Below are positions 22,561 through 35,418 of a stretch of 64,000 nucleotides of DNA, in pieces (positions within the stretch are counted from its first letter, which is position 1; every line of letters begins with the position of its first letter). The position numbers and the translations under genes are program-made. Under the pieces are notes generated by a model that was not told the origin of the DNA, did no database searches, and saw nothing but the letters and a program-made list of their open reading frames with translations. Source of the stretch: Ascidiella aspersa (taxonomy: Eukaryota); NCBI GenBank assembly GCA_963924565.1, contig OZ004613.1, positions 6,386,001-6,450,000 of the forward strand, read 5' to 3'.

Positions 22561-25500
22561 TTATAGTTTGTTCAAATTTGCCAAATCCGCAACAGACCTC
22601 CGAACCTCCTTTGTTGTCCCCTGAGGTGATCTTTGCGTTGACCTTTGTGGTGACCTCTGCGCTGAACTCTCTGTTAATTCCTGTTAAAGCAAAGAAACGC
22701 ACTTGTTTAAAAAATGTTATTGTAAGAATTTGAATGAAGTTTTCACTCTGTCTTTACCAAAACAGATCCCACGTTAATTTTGATATTATTTGCCGATACT
22801 ACTAGGATTTATTGTGTTCACACAACATATAGTATGTAATAAGAAGCATGTGTTGCTACTTTTACGTTGAAATGTTCTTACATGATCTGTCCCATCGTCC
22901 AATTCTTGTTCAGTGTATGTTTCTTGGCTTTGACTTGCTTCTGGTTCCAGTTTTGATTTCGCTTTATCGGAGGCTTCCTTTTCTTGACATAACTGTGAAA
23001 GCAGATTTGTTAAGACGTGAATTTGTTCTTTAACGGGACGTACACGTGGAAACTGTAAAACACAATCTGTGTTCTGTTAAAGTACTTAATCAAACTACTT
23101 AAGAGTTACTCTTGGCGACAAAAATGCAGGACTGCGCAAAAATGTTGTGATTACCTCGATACATTAACTACTCGTATTGTTTGTTTGGTCGGTTGTCTAT
23201 AAAAGCAAAACTTGCTAGAGCGGATATACGCGTATCTGTGTAACAACATTAGGCGTCACTCAGACTAAAAGATAAGTTATTACATTTAAAGTTAGAACAT
23301 GCGTCTATTTAAAACGCAGTAGCCACTATTTAAAAATGCAATAACGCCCGGGTCAAGCCAGGTTGTTTCGTTCTGAACCCGAAGCTTTGTGTTTAGCTTT
23401 TCCTGTTTTAAGTTCTGCTTCTAAGTTCAGTTGGGCCTGGACAGATCCAAGCAAACTTGATCTCAGCGAGAAACAAGCGAATGCATTCGATCGCCAGACC
23501 TCCAAGCGCCTTACTTCACAACTTATTCCACTGAACGTCAATAACTACCATCATTATTCCGCAAATATCGACAGGTTTTTTTAACTAATGTTCGGAACGC
23601 ATCATGACGTCACACGTCTAAACACTGACGTCACTAGTGTCGCATCGTTGTCCCGACAACATATCCTTATGTTATGAGTGCCTACCTTGAGCAGAGAATC
23701 TACATCATTATAATCGATGTCGCAATTATCCAATTCCAGCTCTTGTACATTGTGGGCACAAGTTTGGAGGAAAGCATGTCCTTGCGATCCCAACTCGTTG
23801 TAGCGAAGGTCCAACTTCATCATCTACATAAGCACAACATAATGTAAGATACAAGCAGGTGTTTGGCTGCATACAGGAAGCAGCAAATTGAACAATCCAT
23901 ATTCGCAACTTACACCAAAAAACTGCTATTCGTAATAGGTCAGGAAAAAATGGCCATATCGCCCCCCCCCTAGATCCGCCCCTGCCTGCCGTGAGATTTC
24001 CAACTAATGACCTCGGCCATACCGGGACAGTCACTCTAGCAACTGAGCTATGCAAGATCTAAATACAAACAAAAAGGATGTCCAGTTAATGATGGTTCAT
24101 TGAGAAGAAGTACTATCACAATAAATGCACCCAGGCCAGGGCCATTTAAAGGCCAGTAATCAGGGCCAGAGGGGTCAGTAATCAGGGGTGGTTTATGGGA
24201 GAGGGCACGTGGACATGGCTCCACTTAAAATGTATTTATCCTATTGAAACAAAGCGAATGCAAAAATATTTCGCAATACCCGCGAATCCAAGTTATGTTT
24301 CATTATGTCTTAGCTCACTTTAAAACCGGTTTATCCATGGGCGCCGTGCGTTTTATCGCACCCTCTAAAAATAAAGTTTTGGAAACTTAAACTTTACAAA
24401 GGCATGATTTTACGCTGCACGCAAGTGCTTTTTCGTCTTCATAATGTAAAAAGTAGTCACGTTTTGACGTAACGCTATGTCCATTACTTGTGACGTCACG
24501 ATTTGACGTAGCATTGTGACATCATACCTGCAATTTTTTCATGCGTCCGCAAAAAAAACAAAAAAAAACGCCCCTGCCAGTAATTACTTAGTAATGGTGA
24601 CACAAAAAATTCCGTAACGGAAAAATCTTTTGTACACCAGACAGGTGGTTCAGTTACCAAATTTAACACACTATGCTGTTTTATGTTTATCCAACTCAAT
24701 GTCATTCCAATGTTCAACACATCCTTTATTCCAACAACACACACTTACAGGTCGATCCATTCGTGAAATGGCGTCAGTTAGAGGTTGCAGATCGGAATCA
24801 GCGATTTCGCAATTCCATAATTGCAGCTGGTTGATGTTATGCACACTTGTTGCCAGGCAACTCAAACCACGTAAATCCAGATTGCTCTGATACAGTTCCA
24901 ACAATTCCATCTACAATGACAAGAAGATCCAATTGTTACGCATTCTTATTTGTCTTCTAACAAACGTTTGCATAGAAAAATCGAGATATTGGTGTAAATA
25001 AGCCTAATTGTGAACACTGAGCGCGCAAAATAGTTTGTATCCAACTATAACAATCAGTTTTTTGAACGTTTGTGGTTTACAGATTGCTTCCAAGTAAATG
25101 TCCCATGTGCTTGTCCCAGGTCTCCAAACCCTTGAAGCGTATCTTTTTATTATATGTGTTACGCGACATGCTACACGCGACACGCCTATTCTATCGTGCT
25201 AGTGCCGAGCGGTCATTCGCTCGATCATTCGAAAATACAAGCTGACGTGTGCACTGCTCTGGCTCCTACACCCTCTTTGGCTGACGTTTTTGAGTGTTTG
25301 TTTGCAGACCTTTTTAAACATCTATCAATATGCAAAAGGCTGTTAGCACAGTTGGAATTATTAACGAGACAAAACCAGAGAGGGTAATTTTGTGAAAACA
25401 AGTGCCGACTTTATTTTTAAAGATGGTTTTAAGTGAAACACAACCTCCAGCCATGCAACTTTTCATAAAAGTATGTAATTGGCAAGTTGTTTGGAAGCGT

Positions 25501-28500
25501 GTATTAAATTCTCACTGATGTATTTAGGATAAACCTACATGTCTCGGTATGTTTAATATAAACGGTCCGTAAAAAATATTTTTACCCCCATTTCCCTGAT
25601 ATATGCAGACACTCATGCATGTGCGGTTAATGCTAACGTATTTACTTATCACAACTAACTCAAACATACCGGATGGTTTCTGTGTGAGATGACGTCAGTT
25701 AGAGGTTGCAGATTTGACTCAGAAGTGTCGCAGAAAAACAATTTCAGCTTGTTGATGTTGGTTGCACTTGTTGCCAGGTAACGCAACTCACGTGACCCCA
25801 AATTGTCCACTAAGAATTCTTCCATCTACACAAAATATAGTTTGATTTGTTAACGGAAGTTTTAAACTTACTGATAAAACCTATTGAAACAGCTAAATAC
25901 GGACAGAGGTAAAATTGATTGTAAACCGGAAAAGTTGTAAATGTTAATTTTAGATTCTAGTCGATAAATATTTGCGCGACCAATTGCCTTAAAAAACAAC
26001 ACATCAAACGTACACGACGCGTGATTCATCATTAGGAATAATCAGAGTTACTAAATTTACCGTAAAAAAATATAATTCAGTTGACTAATTCTAAAAAAAT
26101 TGATTTTCTAGATTTTTAAACCGTGTTTGAATATCGAGTATTATGTAACGCAGAGGTTCCCAACGTGGGCGGTATCGCCCCCTTGTGGGCGTTGGCGAGC
26201 TACAAGGGGGCCTTTTGGGTCTTTTCATAATTTGGGGGGCGCTGAACGTAAAACCATGTTCGTGTCAAACTGATATTTATTTAGTCGTTTGAAAAATTAC
26301 AGATGCCATATTTATGCGGTTAAAACAAGTTTAAAAAATATTCCTAATCAGTTATACATATAGATTTGTTAAAGCGTGATTTACAAACAGTTTTAAAACT
26401 AAACTGTGGTTTATTGAACCTGACATTCGCCAGCTTGAACTGTCTTTTGTGCAAAACTTTGCTTTTGTATTTGTACTTTAATTATCCTCCTCATTAAACA
26501 CGAAACTCGCGTTGAAACGTTTCCGGTTAGTATCATCAACTAAATATTAAAAAATAAGTGAAATTAAAAAAAAAAAAACAGTTGCTAAAATATCCAAGAG
26601 TGTGTGGAAACGTTTAACAGTTTAAGGGAGACAGTGACTACGAAGGGGTCGGGGGTTGCGTAGTATAATATCGCAAACACTAATATGCATGAACAAAGTG
26701 TAATACGTTAACATCGCAATTTGTCGCGAGATTTATAAAATATGTTATTTAAGTTTGTAGTATTAACCAGCCTGGTGTCGACGCACTTGTCCCATCTACC
26801 CATGCTTAGTGGGACTTTCCCTGTGCAATGGTTGACCCACGGTGATGCCCCTTACCAGTTTAACACGTCCCCGTTTCACCCAAGGACTTCCCCTATCAGC
26901 TTGATTGTCGATAATGTGATTGGAGAATCGCGCCCGCCCCATCGCAATAATGACCATTATGACATATTCATGTCAGTTGTTGCACGACATAAATCATGTC
27001 AGTTGTTGCTAAGTTAACTTACAGGTGTTTTTCTGTGTGCGATTGCTTCAGTAAGAACCTCGAAACCGGACAGATCGCTCGTATTGACCAACCACAGGCG
27101 GTTGATCTTGTGGACGCAGGTGGATAAGACAGTGAAGTCACGTGATCCAGTTGTCGTCACACTTACAAGCTCCATCTACAAAATAACAACAAGATTTGTT
27201 GGACTGTGCGCTGTCCCAGATAGATTCAGATTCAGATTCAATTTATTTTTGTGCATGTTTGCAAACATCGAAAAAACAAAATAACATAAATAATAACACA
27301 AGGACAGCGAAAGGACCATTCGGTCATCGAGTCGAGCTGCCCCAGATCGATGAGGTTCTTAAACTTATGCGCCGATCAGTTTGCCCTGCCCGCCATTATT
27401 GGCTACCTTTAGCCAATGACGTGGTTTAAAAAGTATACGCAAAGTCGCTGAAGAAAAAATGCGGGTCGATATGACGTTTTATTGTAAACTGTAATTAATT
27501 GAGTCGTTCCTAAAGTTAAAATGCCATAATATTTATGCGCCTAAAACAATTTTACTAAAATTCCTATTAACTCAGCTATAGAGTACGCACATTGTTAAGT
27601 CGTAAGATGCGAACAGTTTTAAAGTCAAACTGTATACAGTTATTGATCCTAAAATTTGCTTGCTTGAACTGTGTTTTATTTAAAACTTTGCTTTTGTACT
27701 TGTACGTTAATTATCCCCTCATTAAACACGAAACTCGCGCTAAAACGTTTCCAGTTAATATTATCAACGAAATATTAAAATCTGGATAGTTTATTAAAAA
27801 CTTATCCAATTGCTAAAAAGTCCAAAAGTGTGTGGAAATGTTTAACGTTTAGGGGATACAATGACTACGAAGGGGTCGGTGGTTGCGGTGTATAACATCC
27901 CAAACTAATATGCATTAACAAAATTAAAAACGGTTAAATCATAATTTTCGCGCCAATTAAGAGTGTTATATCATAAAATAAAACAGAAAGATGTTAGTTT
28001 ATAAACTTATTTTTAGCTAAATAGACTCAATTAAAGTCGCGAATTTTATTACCCAGCAAAGTTGTTGAAACGATTTTGGTTATTTGTTCTAATTTCACCG
28101 GTTTAATCTCAGAGGCGAGCAATGACGGTCTGTTTTTCGGCATAACAACGCCATTTAGACATCGTAACATGAGACCATGAATATTTTTGGCCGATACAGC
28201 AATGTGTGTGCCCAATTCTCGGTGAACAACAGGAAAGCAAACCGTTGCGAAAAAGCAAGTTGTCTACTAATGTCAAAAAACTCGGCACACTCTATTGCCA
28301 TCATGTGGTAATAGAACTTTAAAGTACCTTTTAAGAGCAGGGGTCGGCAACCCCGCCAATGTAATTTATCCGGCCCTCCACCTCTTTTGCAAATTTGGCA
28401 AGAGGCCGTTGTTTAAACTGCATAAATGTAAAAATTTTACATACTTTTTTTTTCATTGTTTTCGGCCCAAATGCGACGTACATGAACTAGCACTATCACA

Positions 28501-31500
28501 ATCGACGTTTCGCTATCTTAGTATGTCTGAATGCGTTTAATGGTGCTGCACACTATAGTTCCTGTGTGGTTTAAATATATTAAAATAAACTATGTCGACA
28601 TTTTAAGAGTCCTATTCAAATAACATCATAAAGTTATATCATATCCTATTTAAATTAGATTAACGATTAAATTTATCGCATATCTTTATTTTTACTTTTA
28701 TTTTGCGATGATGAACTTACACCAGACCTGGGCAACATACGGCCCACGGGCCGGTTCCGTCCCGCCAAGCAGTTTAATCCGGCCCGCGGCATATTTGCAT
28801 TGAAATATGGAAGCAAAGGCGAGTTTCTACATGCTTGGTTATATCGTGAACACTTTTTTAGGGACGTCTCTAGTCACGACTCGCCAAATCGATTTTTACC
28901 CTGTTTTAAATACTAAAACGGAAATTGTTTTCGCGCTTCGCGCGAATCTCTCTTGTATTGCTCGTATCTAGCCTAATATTTATATATTTTTGGTCTTAAA
29001 ATATGAAAGCAATACTGACGGTTTTCTAAACTCTAAAATATACCGATTCGCTTTTTATAAACCAAAGTTAGGGAATTTAATGTTGTGTGTTTCTCCCGAT
29101 TTATATCGTCTTTGCAATAAGGCTGCTGTACCGCAAGTAACACATCGGTAACTTAAAACTTTAAAATGCAAAATTCTTTTCTACGAAACTTTTACATTAA
29201 ATCATTAAATTTTGCATTTTAAAATAAGTTTAGTCGCAATTTTTTCGCGCTTCGCTCGACGTCTTGTGGCTTTGTCTAAATTCATTAAATTGCACATTTT
29301 CGCACAACTCTAAACGTAATAACGAGTTCGTTAGCTTATTTGTTTTATACAGAGTAGTGACGTCATATTGCGTGTATTTTAGATCTTATATTTGATCCCG
29401 CCCGCCACAACATTTTAGGTTTCTCATACGGCCCGCGGCTAAAAATAATTGCCCACCCCTGATTTACACCTTAATCCAGAATTATTCCACCCTGGTATTT
29501 GATTCTCGGTAACAACCAACTTTGAAAGGTTCAATTACAGTTAACAGACATTAGTTATCCCAACCATAACCCATAACCAAATAGAGAACCATTAATGTCG
29601 CTTATGATTAAACTATGTTTATCGGCGGCAGCACACTCGACGAACCTCACGTCCTTTCGCTACACCAGGGACATCAAATATTTGCAAAATGTTTAATCGA
29701 TTTTAATCCACAAACGCTTTTTTTCGCGCTTGGCGCAAACGCTTTACCGCCTTTTTTTCAAATCTTAGATAATAGCTGATTTTTAACTAAAAGAACTAGG
29801 TCGCCACTGATTAACAGTTATTATGATAAAATGCTCAAAACTCAACATTTTAGGAAAATTTTAGGTTTATATTTATTACGGCTCGCCGAGCCCTTTTCAA
29901 GTTTGTGTCAGGTCCGCGACTAGAAAAAGGTTGCCGACTTCTGCTTTAGAGAGTTAAATGTTGTGTGGCTTCAAAACGGTGCAGGGTGCGTTTGGCGTTT
30001 TTCGCTGCTTTGTTGCATTTAATATAAAATGGGGTATAAAAATTAAAAAAACTAGAAATCGTAAAACTTCACAAACCGTGTGTTTGGTTTTCGCCATTGT
30101 CTCCATCAACATTTCTAAACCGTTGCCGGTAAATGTGACTGAGTAGTTATCCCCGATGCTGATGACCAGCTCCCTTTGTCTTGCTCGAAGCACGTGACAG
30201 AGACTTGACACTTCACTGGGAAGGATCGTTCCCCACTTTATACGAAGCTCTCCAGGGAGGGAATCGATCACTTTCGCGGTGATTTCATCATCGTTTGATT
30301 CCTGCGCCAAACTGCAAAGCTTAAACAATTTGGAGTTAAAGCTCTCGCCATCGTTTGATAAAAGTTGAGATACAAGCGAATCAATCAGACATTTTAGCAA
30401 ACCTTCCTTACTGGCAACATCGGTAGAAGAGATTTTAAAAATAGGCTTTAGCTTTTGGTGGAGTCCCGTGTTTAGCAACCCAAAAAGAAACCGAAGAACC
30501 ATTTCCCACGTATTACTTTCCATGCTTTGTAGCAGCCCAGAAAATGTAGCCAGGTCTGTATCGAACAACAGCTTGAGTGATGTGAAAAACTCTTGCCACA
30601 GAAAATGAATAAAGAAGAATACTTTATCCCCTTCCAGTAAACGAAGGTTGAGGTCGCTGGAGACAGCTTGCATGTTGAGAAAGTCCTCCATTCCTTCATA
30701 ATTAAGTCCGACTTCATCAAAGACTTCTTCGTCGAACATGATCTTGTCGTTGAGCATTCCGTATAAAGCCAGATCTGAAAGTTTGCGCAAAATTCTTGGA
30801 TGTTCCTTAAACTTAGGCGAGTGAATGCAATCAAACACAAAAGCCGCAAACACATCTGTGAGCGTAAAAGTGCCATCTTTAGTGCCATGCTTTATGATGT
30901 AAGGAGCGACTGTTTTAGCAAATATAGGAAGAAAGCACAAAGCCTTTGCATGTGGGTTTTGACCAAGTGACTTGATGACCTTCTCATAATCTTCTTTCTC
31001 CGGGCAAATTTGTCGGAAATACAAATCTTGAGAGCTTTCGTTGAAGCCGATTACCTTGACTACAAAGTGGGGCTTGCAACTTGGGTGTAGCTTGAGAAAA
31101 GCTCCCGGTCGTGAAGTAAGCAGCTTGTGAGCATTCGCAAGAATATCGCCACGGAGTAGGTTTTGCAGAATGACAACCGGCGTTGCGCGATCGTACAATC
31201 CGATCACTGGAGCATCCATGTCAAGATCTTTGAACCTAGGTTCGTCCAAACCATCCAGGAAGATAAACAGCTTGTTGGATTTGGAAAGCCTTTCCAGTAT
31301 TTGATCATCTATTTCCTTTGTGTGTTTCCAGTTTGGGTCGGATGACAGCAATTCCAAAACGCCTATTTTTTTATTAAGATCTAAAGTGTTCAAGTATTTA
31401 AAAAGGCAATACCCTTTTTGATCTGCTGGTAGTCCATCTGCAAGCTCATTTAGTGTCTGTATAATAGCTGTTGTTTTTCCAATTCCAGCTATTCCAGTCA

Positions 31501-33125
31501 TACCGACCACGTTACCATGTCTCTCGACATAATCGTCATTGGCTGTATTATTTGTAAATTTCTTACTTTTGGCTTTAATGATTGCTTCTTGTTTAGCAGC
31601 AGTAAATAGTTGGTTGAGTTTAAGCGTGGTTGAGTTGACCTGGTTGTCTCTGAGTCGTTTCAATCCTTTTAAACCAAACTCCTCCAAAGGTTCTTGCGAA
31701 TCCCGAACGACGTCAAGAGGAACTGGGTTGCTTGGCAGAGTCCCGATGACCTTGTCAGCTGCTTCCTGTGACTTTTCTTTCCATGATGCTTCTGAATAAT
31801 AATAATAATAAACCTATTATTTTCATATCCACATTTTTTATCGTAAGGATGACCTTAATCTGTATTTTATTTAGTGTGGGCTGTCTCGGCAATAAGCGGC
31901 TTACAAAGGCGTGGGTTAAAGCCATATGTGACGTTAAAAAGGTCCTCTCCGACCTTAAGCGAAACGTTAACTTTATAGCGCATCAAATTACCAAACTTTA
32001 AACCTTAGCAAACAGCAGAACCCCAACGAGAGGCGGAAGGCGTGCCATTTTGGTTTGCACTAACGGTTACCTTCATCTGTTTTTAGGTTAACAGTCCAAC
32101 ATTTAAATGGCTATGGCGATATGATAAAATGTCTGAGGATTCTATTATAAGCTGTGTATAAAAATACCAAACCCAAATTTAACTTGTTATTTTGTAACTT
32201 TAGTTTAAAATGCAATTTGGGGACGCTTTGATTCTAGGTACTGATTTGTGCTATATAAACATATCCTACCAAAATGCTGCTTAATACAAATTAACCAGTA
32301 ACAGTTTGCTCTTGTGGATAAAACAAGAACGATTTACTTAACCGTGAAATACAATCAGCTATTGGAAACGCATGTAGCATTCTATATAGTATGTATTATC
32401 TTTCATTTTGATTGACTAAATGTTAGTGCTACAATTGTGTGGTTATGGTTAATGCTTATTAAAGTGACGTTCAAGAATTCCGCATTTCTTTATGTCTATG
32501 TCTCACTGTTATGAGTAAAAGTTATCACTAACCACTGTTAAAGGGCGCTGCTATGTCATGAGCCACTCCAGGCCATGGTTGATAGAAGTTGCCTTGAACG
32601 ATAAGTTGATGTATTGGACCACGACTCTGTATGTCACCAATGTTTAGAAGCTCGGTATTGATGGACTGGCTGTTTTCAGGTGGATTCTGAGCTGCATTTT
32701 GATCCTGTGGCGAAATCGTTGATGCTGTTAAACTTAAGTGTATTTGTGATACCACATCCTAACATGTATTTTCTACTACAAAAGAAACAAATCTAATAAC
32801 AACATTTCAAGATAACTGTTTCGGTATATTGTGACTATAAAGTTAACTTTCTTTCCCGCTCAGACATAGTTCTCCACATTTAACTGAAATATGTATTTCT
32901 TACCAATTGTACATTTTACAATGTTTTATCTAAAGATAAATAGAGCGGCAAAGCAAAGCACTCTATATTATAACCTAGTAAAAATCAGTCGGACTTTCGT
33001 TAACGTTGCTGCAAATACTAGAAAATTTAGTCGAAAGTCGAACACATACTTTTAGTTTAAACTAAATCCTCGATCCACCAATTACGAAAAAAACTTACTT
33101 GATTTTGGTTGCCAGTCTCGGCCAT
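22561..33125 (-). CDS. NLR-B: spliced NACHT-LRR protein (~917 aa) with an N-terminal amyloid-like motif and a disordered S/T/Q-rich C-tail
   Basis: Exons: 33099-33125 (MAETGNQNQ), 32533-32704, 30077-31791 (NACHT), LRR exons 27023-27175, 25670-25825, 24749-24910, 23686-23823, tail exon 22882-22992 (LCQEKEASDK...DDGTDH|GTAAGA) and terminal 22561-22680 (ELTESSAQRSPQRSTQRSPQG...ANLNKL*). All splice phases are consistent. Confidence 0.82.
27222..27340 (-). mobile_element. 5'-truncated non-LTR retroposon fragment with a (GAATCT)n tail
   Basis: Flanked by a duplicated GCTGYCCCAGAT and absent at the homologous site in NLR-A (~11432-11450). It has a microsatellite tail and a small hairpin, GACC-GAAT-GGTC. 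Confidence 0.7.
28338..29943. mobile_element. Non-autonomous hAT element in an NLR-B intron, with a nested element at 28723-29461
   Basis: TIR CAGGGGTCGGCAACC / GGTTGCCGACTTCTG with a degenerate TSD (TTTAAGAG/CTTTAGAG). The empty site is seen in NLR-A at ~11970. The nested element runs CAGACCTGGGCAA...TTGCCCACCCCTG with TSD ACTTACAC/ATTTACAC. Confidence 0.85.
30077..31791 (-). CDS. NACHT NTPase exon of NLR-B
   Basis: Same motifs as A (GIAGIGKTT, LFIFLDGLDE, LLTSRP, FFFIHFLWQEFF). Acceptor ttattcag at 31792, donor ACG|GTTTGT. Confidence 0.95.
32533..32704 (-). CDS. NLR-B exon 2, N-terminal putative amyloid/RHIM-like region
   Basis: ccacag|DQNAAQNPPENSQSINTELLNIGDIQSRGPIHQLIVQGNFYQPWPGVAHDIAAPFNS-G|GTTAGT, homologous to A exon 2. 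Confidence 0.82.
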
Positions 33126-33696
33126 TTTGGTGCTAGTGCTTTATTGGTTGATCGTTGAACAGGTTTTTATCTAACATAAACAGGCTTGTCTGAAAAAAAG
33201 AAAAAAACATTAGTTTGGATGACAACTGTGACTTACTCAAATGTGTTGCTGAAAACCTTGTTTGAGGAAACACAGTATATAGCAAAAGAAAGTGGAAAAA
33301 ATGAAGAGTGCGAAATAATGTTGACATTATCATACAGAGCCAAGAATAGAGAGGTCAGGCCCCACTTACTATACAACTGGTGGGGTTGTTGTACAACATT
33401 GTTATTTTGGTCGTTTTAACATTACTTTATTCCATGGGCGAAATGTAACACCAATAAGTAAAAGGTCTGATTTAGCGTATGTAAATAATGGTCGACTGTA
33501 AGATTGTATTCTGTAAAATGGTGCGCAAAAACGGAAATTAACATCAAAGCTTTGATGTATATGGCTTGTAAGTCGTCACTGAACCTAATTAAACCACTTA
33601 GAAGCCAATTCAACTGAGAGGGTGAGATACGAGCACGATTGGCGCTAAGAATTTTTCGTTTAACGCTTGTTAACGCTTGTTTGTAAAAAAAAACGG

Positions 33697-34468
33697 GTCC
33701 CACCTACCAACGGAAGGTTTGGACAAAGAAAGAGCTGAAACGTGATTCTTCACAATGACTGGGGACAAAAATACGACGCGCTGCCTCGGCGTCCTTTGAA
33801 ACCCGAAATTATTTAACGGTGGCTGTTTTGAGCTATAACGTTTTTGCCGTTAGAAACGCTACTGTTTAAAATACGCTCCCAAACTATAATTTAATACCGT
33901 TTCAATAGTTAATAAATTTTGTTCGGATAACGCATGGGTAATTTTGCACTTGGAGAATTTTCAGGCGCATAATTAAAAAAAAACTTGTTAAAAAGGAAAT
34001 TCGTATTCCTAGCATAAAAAGTCACTTAGGGCTTTGATATGATCCATATATTTACTTAAATTCGTAAAATACAAAATACCGCTAAAAATAATGTTTCAAA
34101 ATGAGGAATTGGAAAAACCTTGCCCACGCTTCGAAGATTCTATTGTAAGTTTGTTAAGGAAACTTTTACAATATTTCAGAACGTCGACCTTCATTTGCTG
34201 TGTTTACACTTTTTTCAATTTGCTAACGCCCTGGATTCCGAGGTTGGTGGTCCTCAAACTTATGTTACAATCCAAGAGAACAATAGCAAAAACAACAGAC
34301 TATAAACGCGTCCCACCGACCAACGGAAGGTTTGGGACAAAAAAGAACTGAAACGTGATTCTTCACAATGACTGGGGACAAATATACGACGCGCTGTCTC
34401 GGCGTCCTTGGAACCTGAAACTATTCAACGGTGGCTGTTTTTAGCCTCAACGGTTTTGCCGTTAGAAA
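33697..34468 (+). repeat. ~160-bp direct duplication upstream of NLR-B (33697-33857 and 34310-34468)
   Basis: ccaacggaaggtttgg...gactggggacaaa.atacgacgcgctg...gccgttagaaac is present twice, ~613 bp apart. Confidence 0.85.
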
Positions 34469-35418
34469 CACAAACGTACAATATGAGTGTCTCTTTATCT
34501 TGGATGAAGCCTTTCATAATAAAGTAGTATTAAACTTCGCTGTGATATCAAGAGGACTTTTTTAAGATCTTGAGAGAAATTATTCCTTTGCACTAATCGG
34601 CGTTTAAAAATTGCACAAAAGCGCCAGGGCTGCGGAGTCGGTTGAAAACAACCCGAGTCCAACCTCAGCCGAAAAAAATAAAGCCGAGTTTGACTCGGCA
34701 AATTTGCTCATTCTGTCGAGGCATGAGTCCAACTCCGGATCCACTGCCTGTATTTCACCAATTTAGGTAATTAAAATAGGTCAAATTTCCAACAATCCAC
34801 TCATAGGGTTGTAATATAACTCATCCACTCACAATATGTGACTAGGAAATTTCCACCATATGCTATTCCATCTTTGCAATTGTCAGTTTGTGTTCGATTT
34901 TTAAAAAGAATATTTTAAGTTATTTTAATTTGTTCTACATGTTCGCTTCACTCGAGAAATTCCCGTGGGTCCCGTTCGTTTGTGAAATAAGTCAAGGGCA
35001 AAGCCGTCACGCATCAGTGGGTTTCTGTCGACCTGGCAAGTTCATGTTTTGAGTTTCTGTAGCTCAAACTTTCCCGAAGCCTTTACAGGCCAAGCTCCTT
35101 TTTACTTACAAGTGGATTCGAAGCGAACAAACATCACGTTGCCAAACTTGGTCATTACATGAAGTTATAACATAACAGTCTTATCAACAAGAGTGTGATA
35201 TAAACGGCTTTGTGTGAGAAGTGGAGCCCGTAAAAAAACTAAAATGTATCTTGATATATTAATGTGGTCAACATAATTAAAGTTTTATACTTATTTCAAT
35301 CATTTCGATCTATCATATCGCATTGCGTTAAATTATTTTCACTTAGCGCGTGCTTTATGCGATAACGAAGGGCAAAGATCGTCAAAAAAACCCAACAGAG
35401 TCCCCATACGTATAATTA

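Larger units (their letters stand above)
2032..24000 (+). repeat. Tandem segmental duplication, copy 1 (visible homologous part of a ~40-kb unit)
   Basis: Sequence from ~2032 (actggtttagtttaatttagaaacag) recurs at ~42044 and stays colinear to the window end, with an offset of ~39.7-40.2 kb. Confidence 0.95.
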
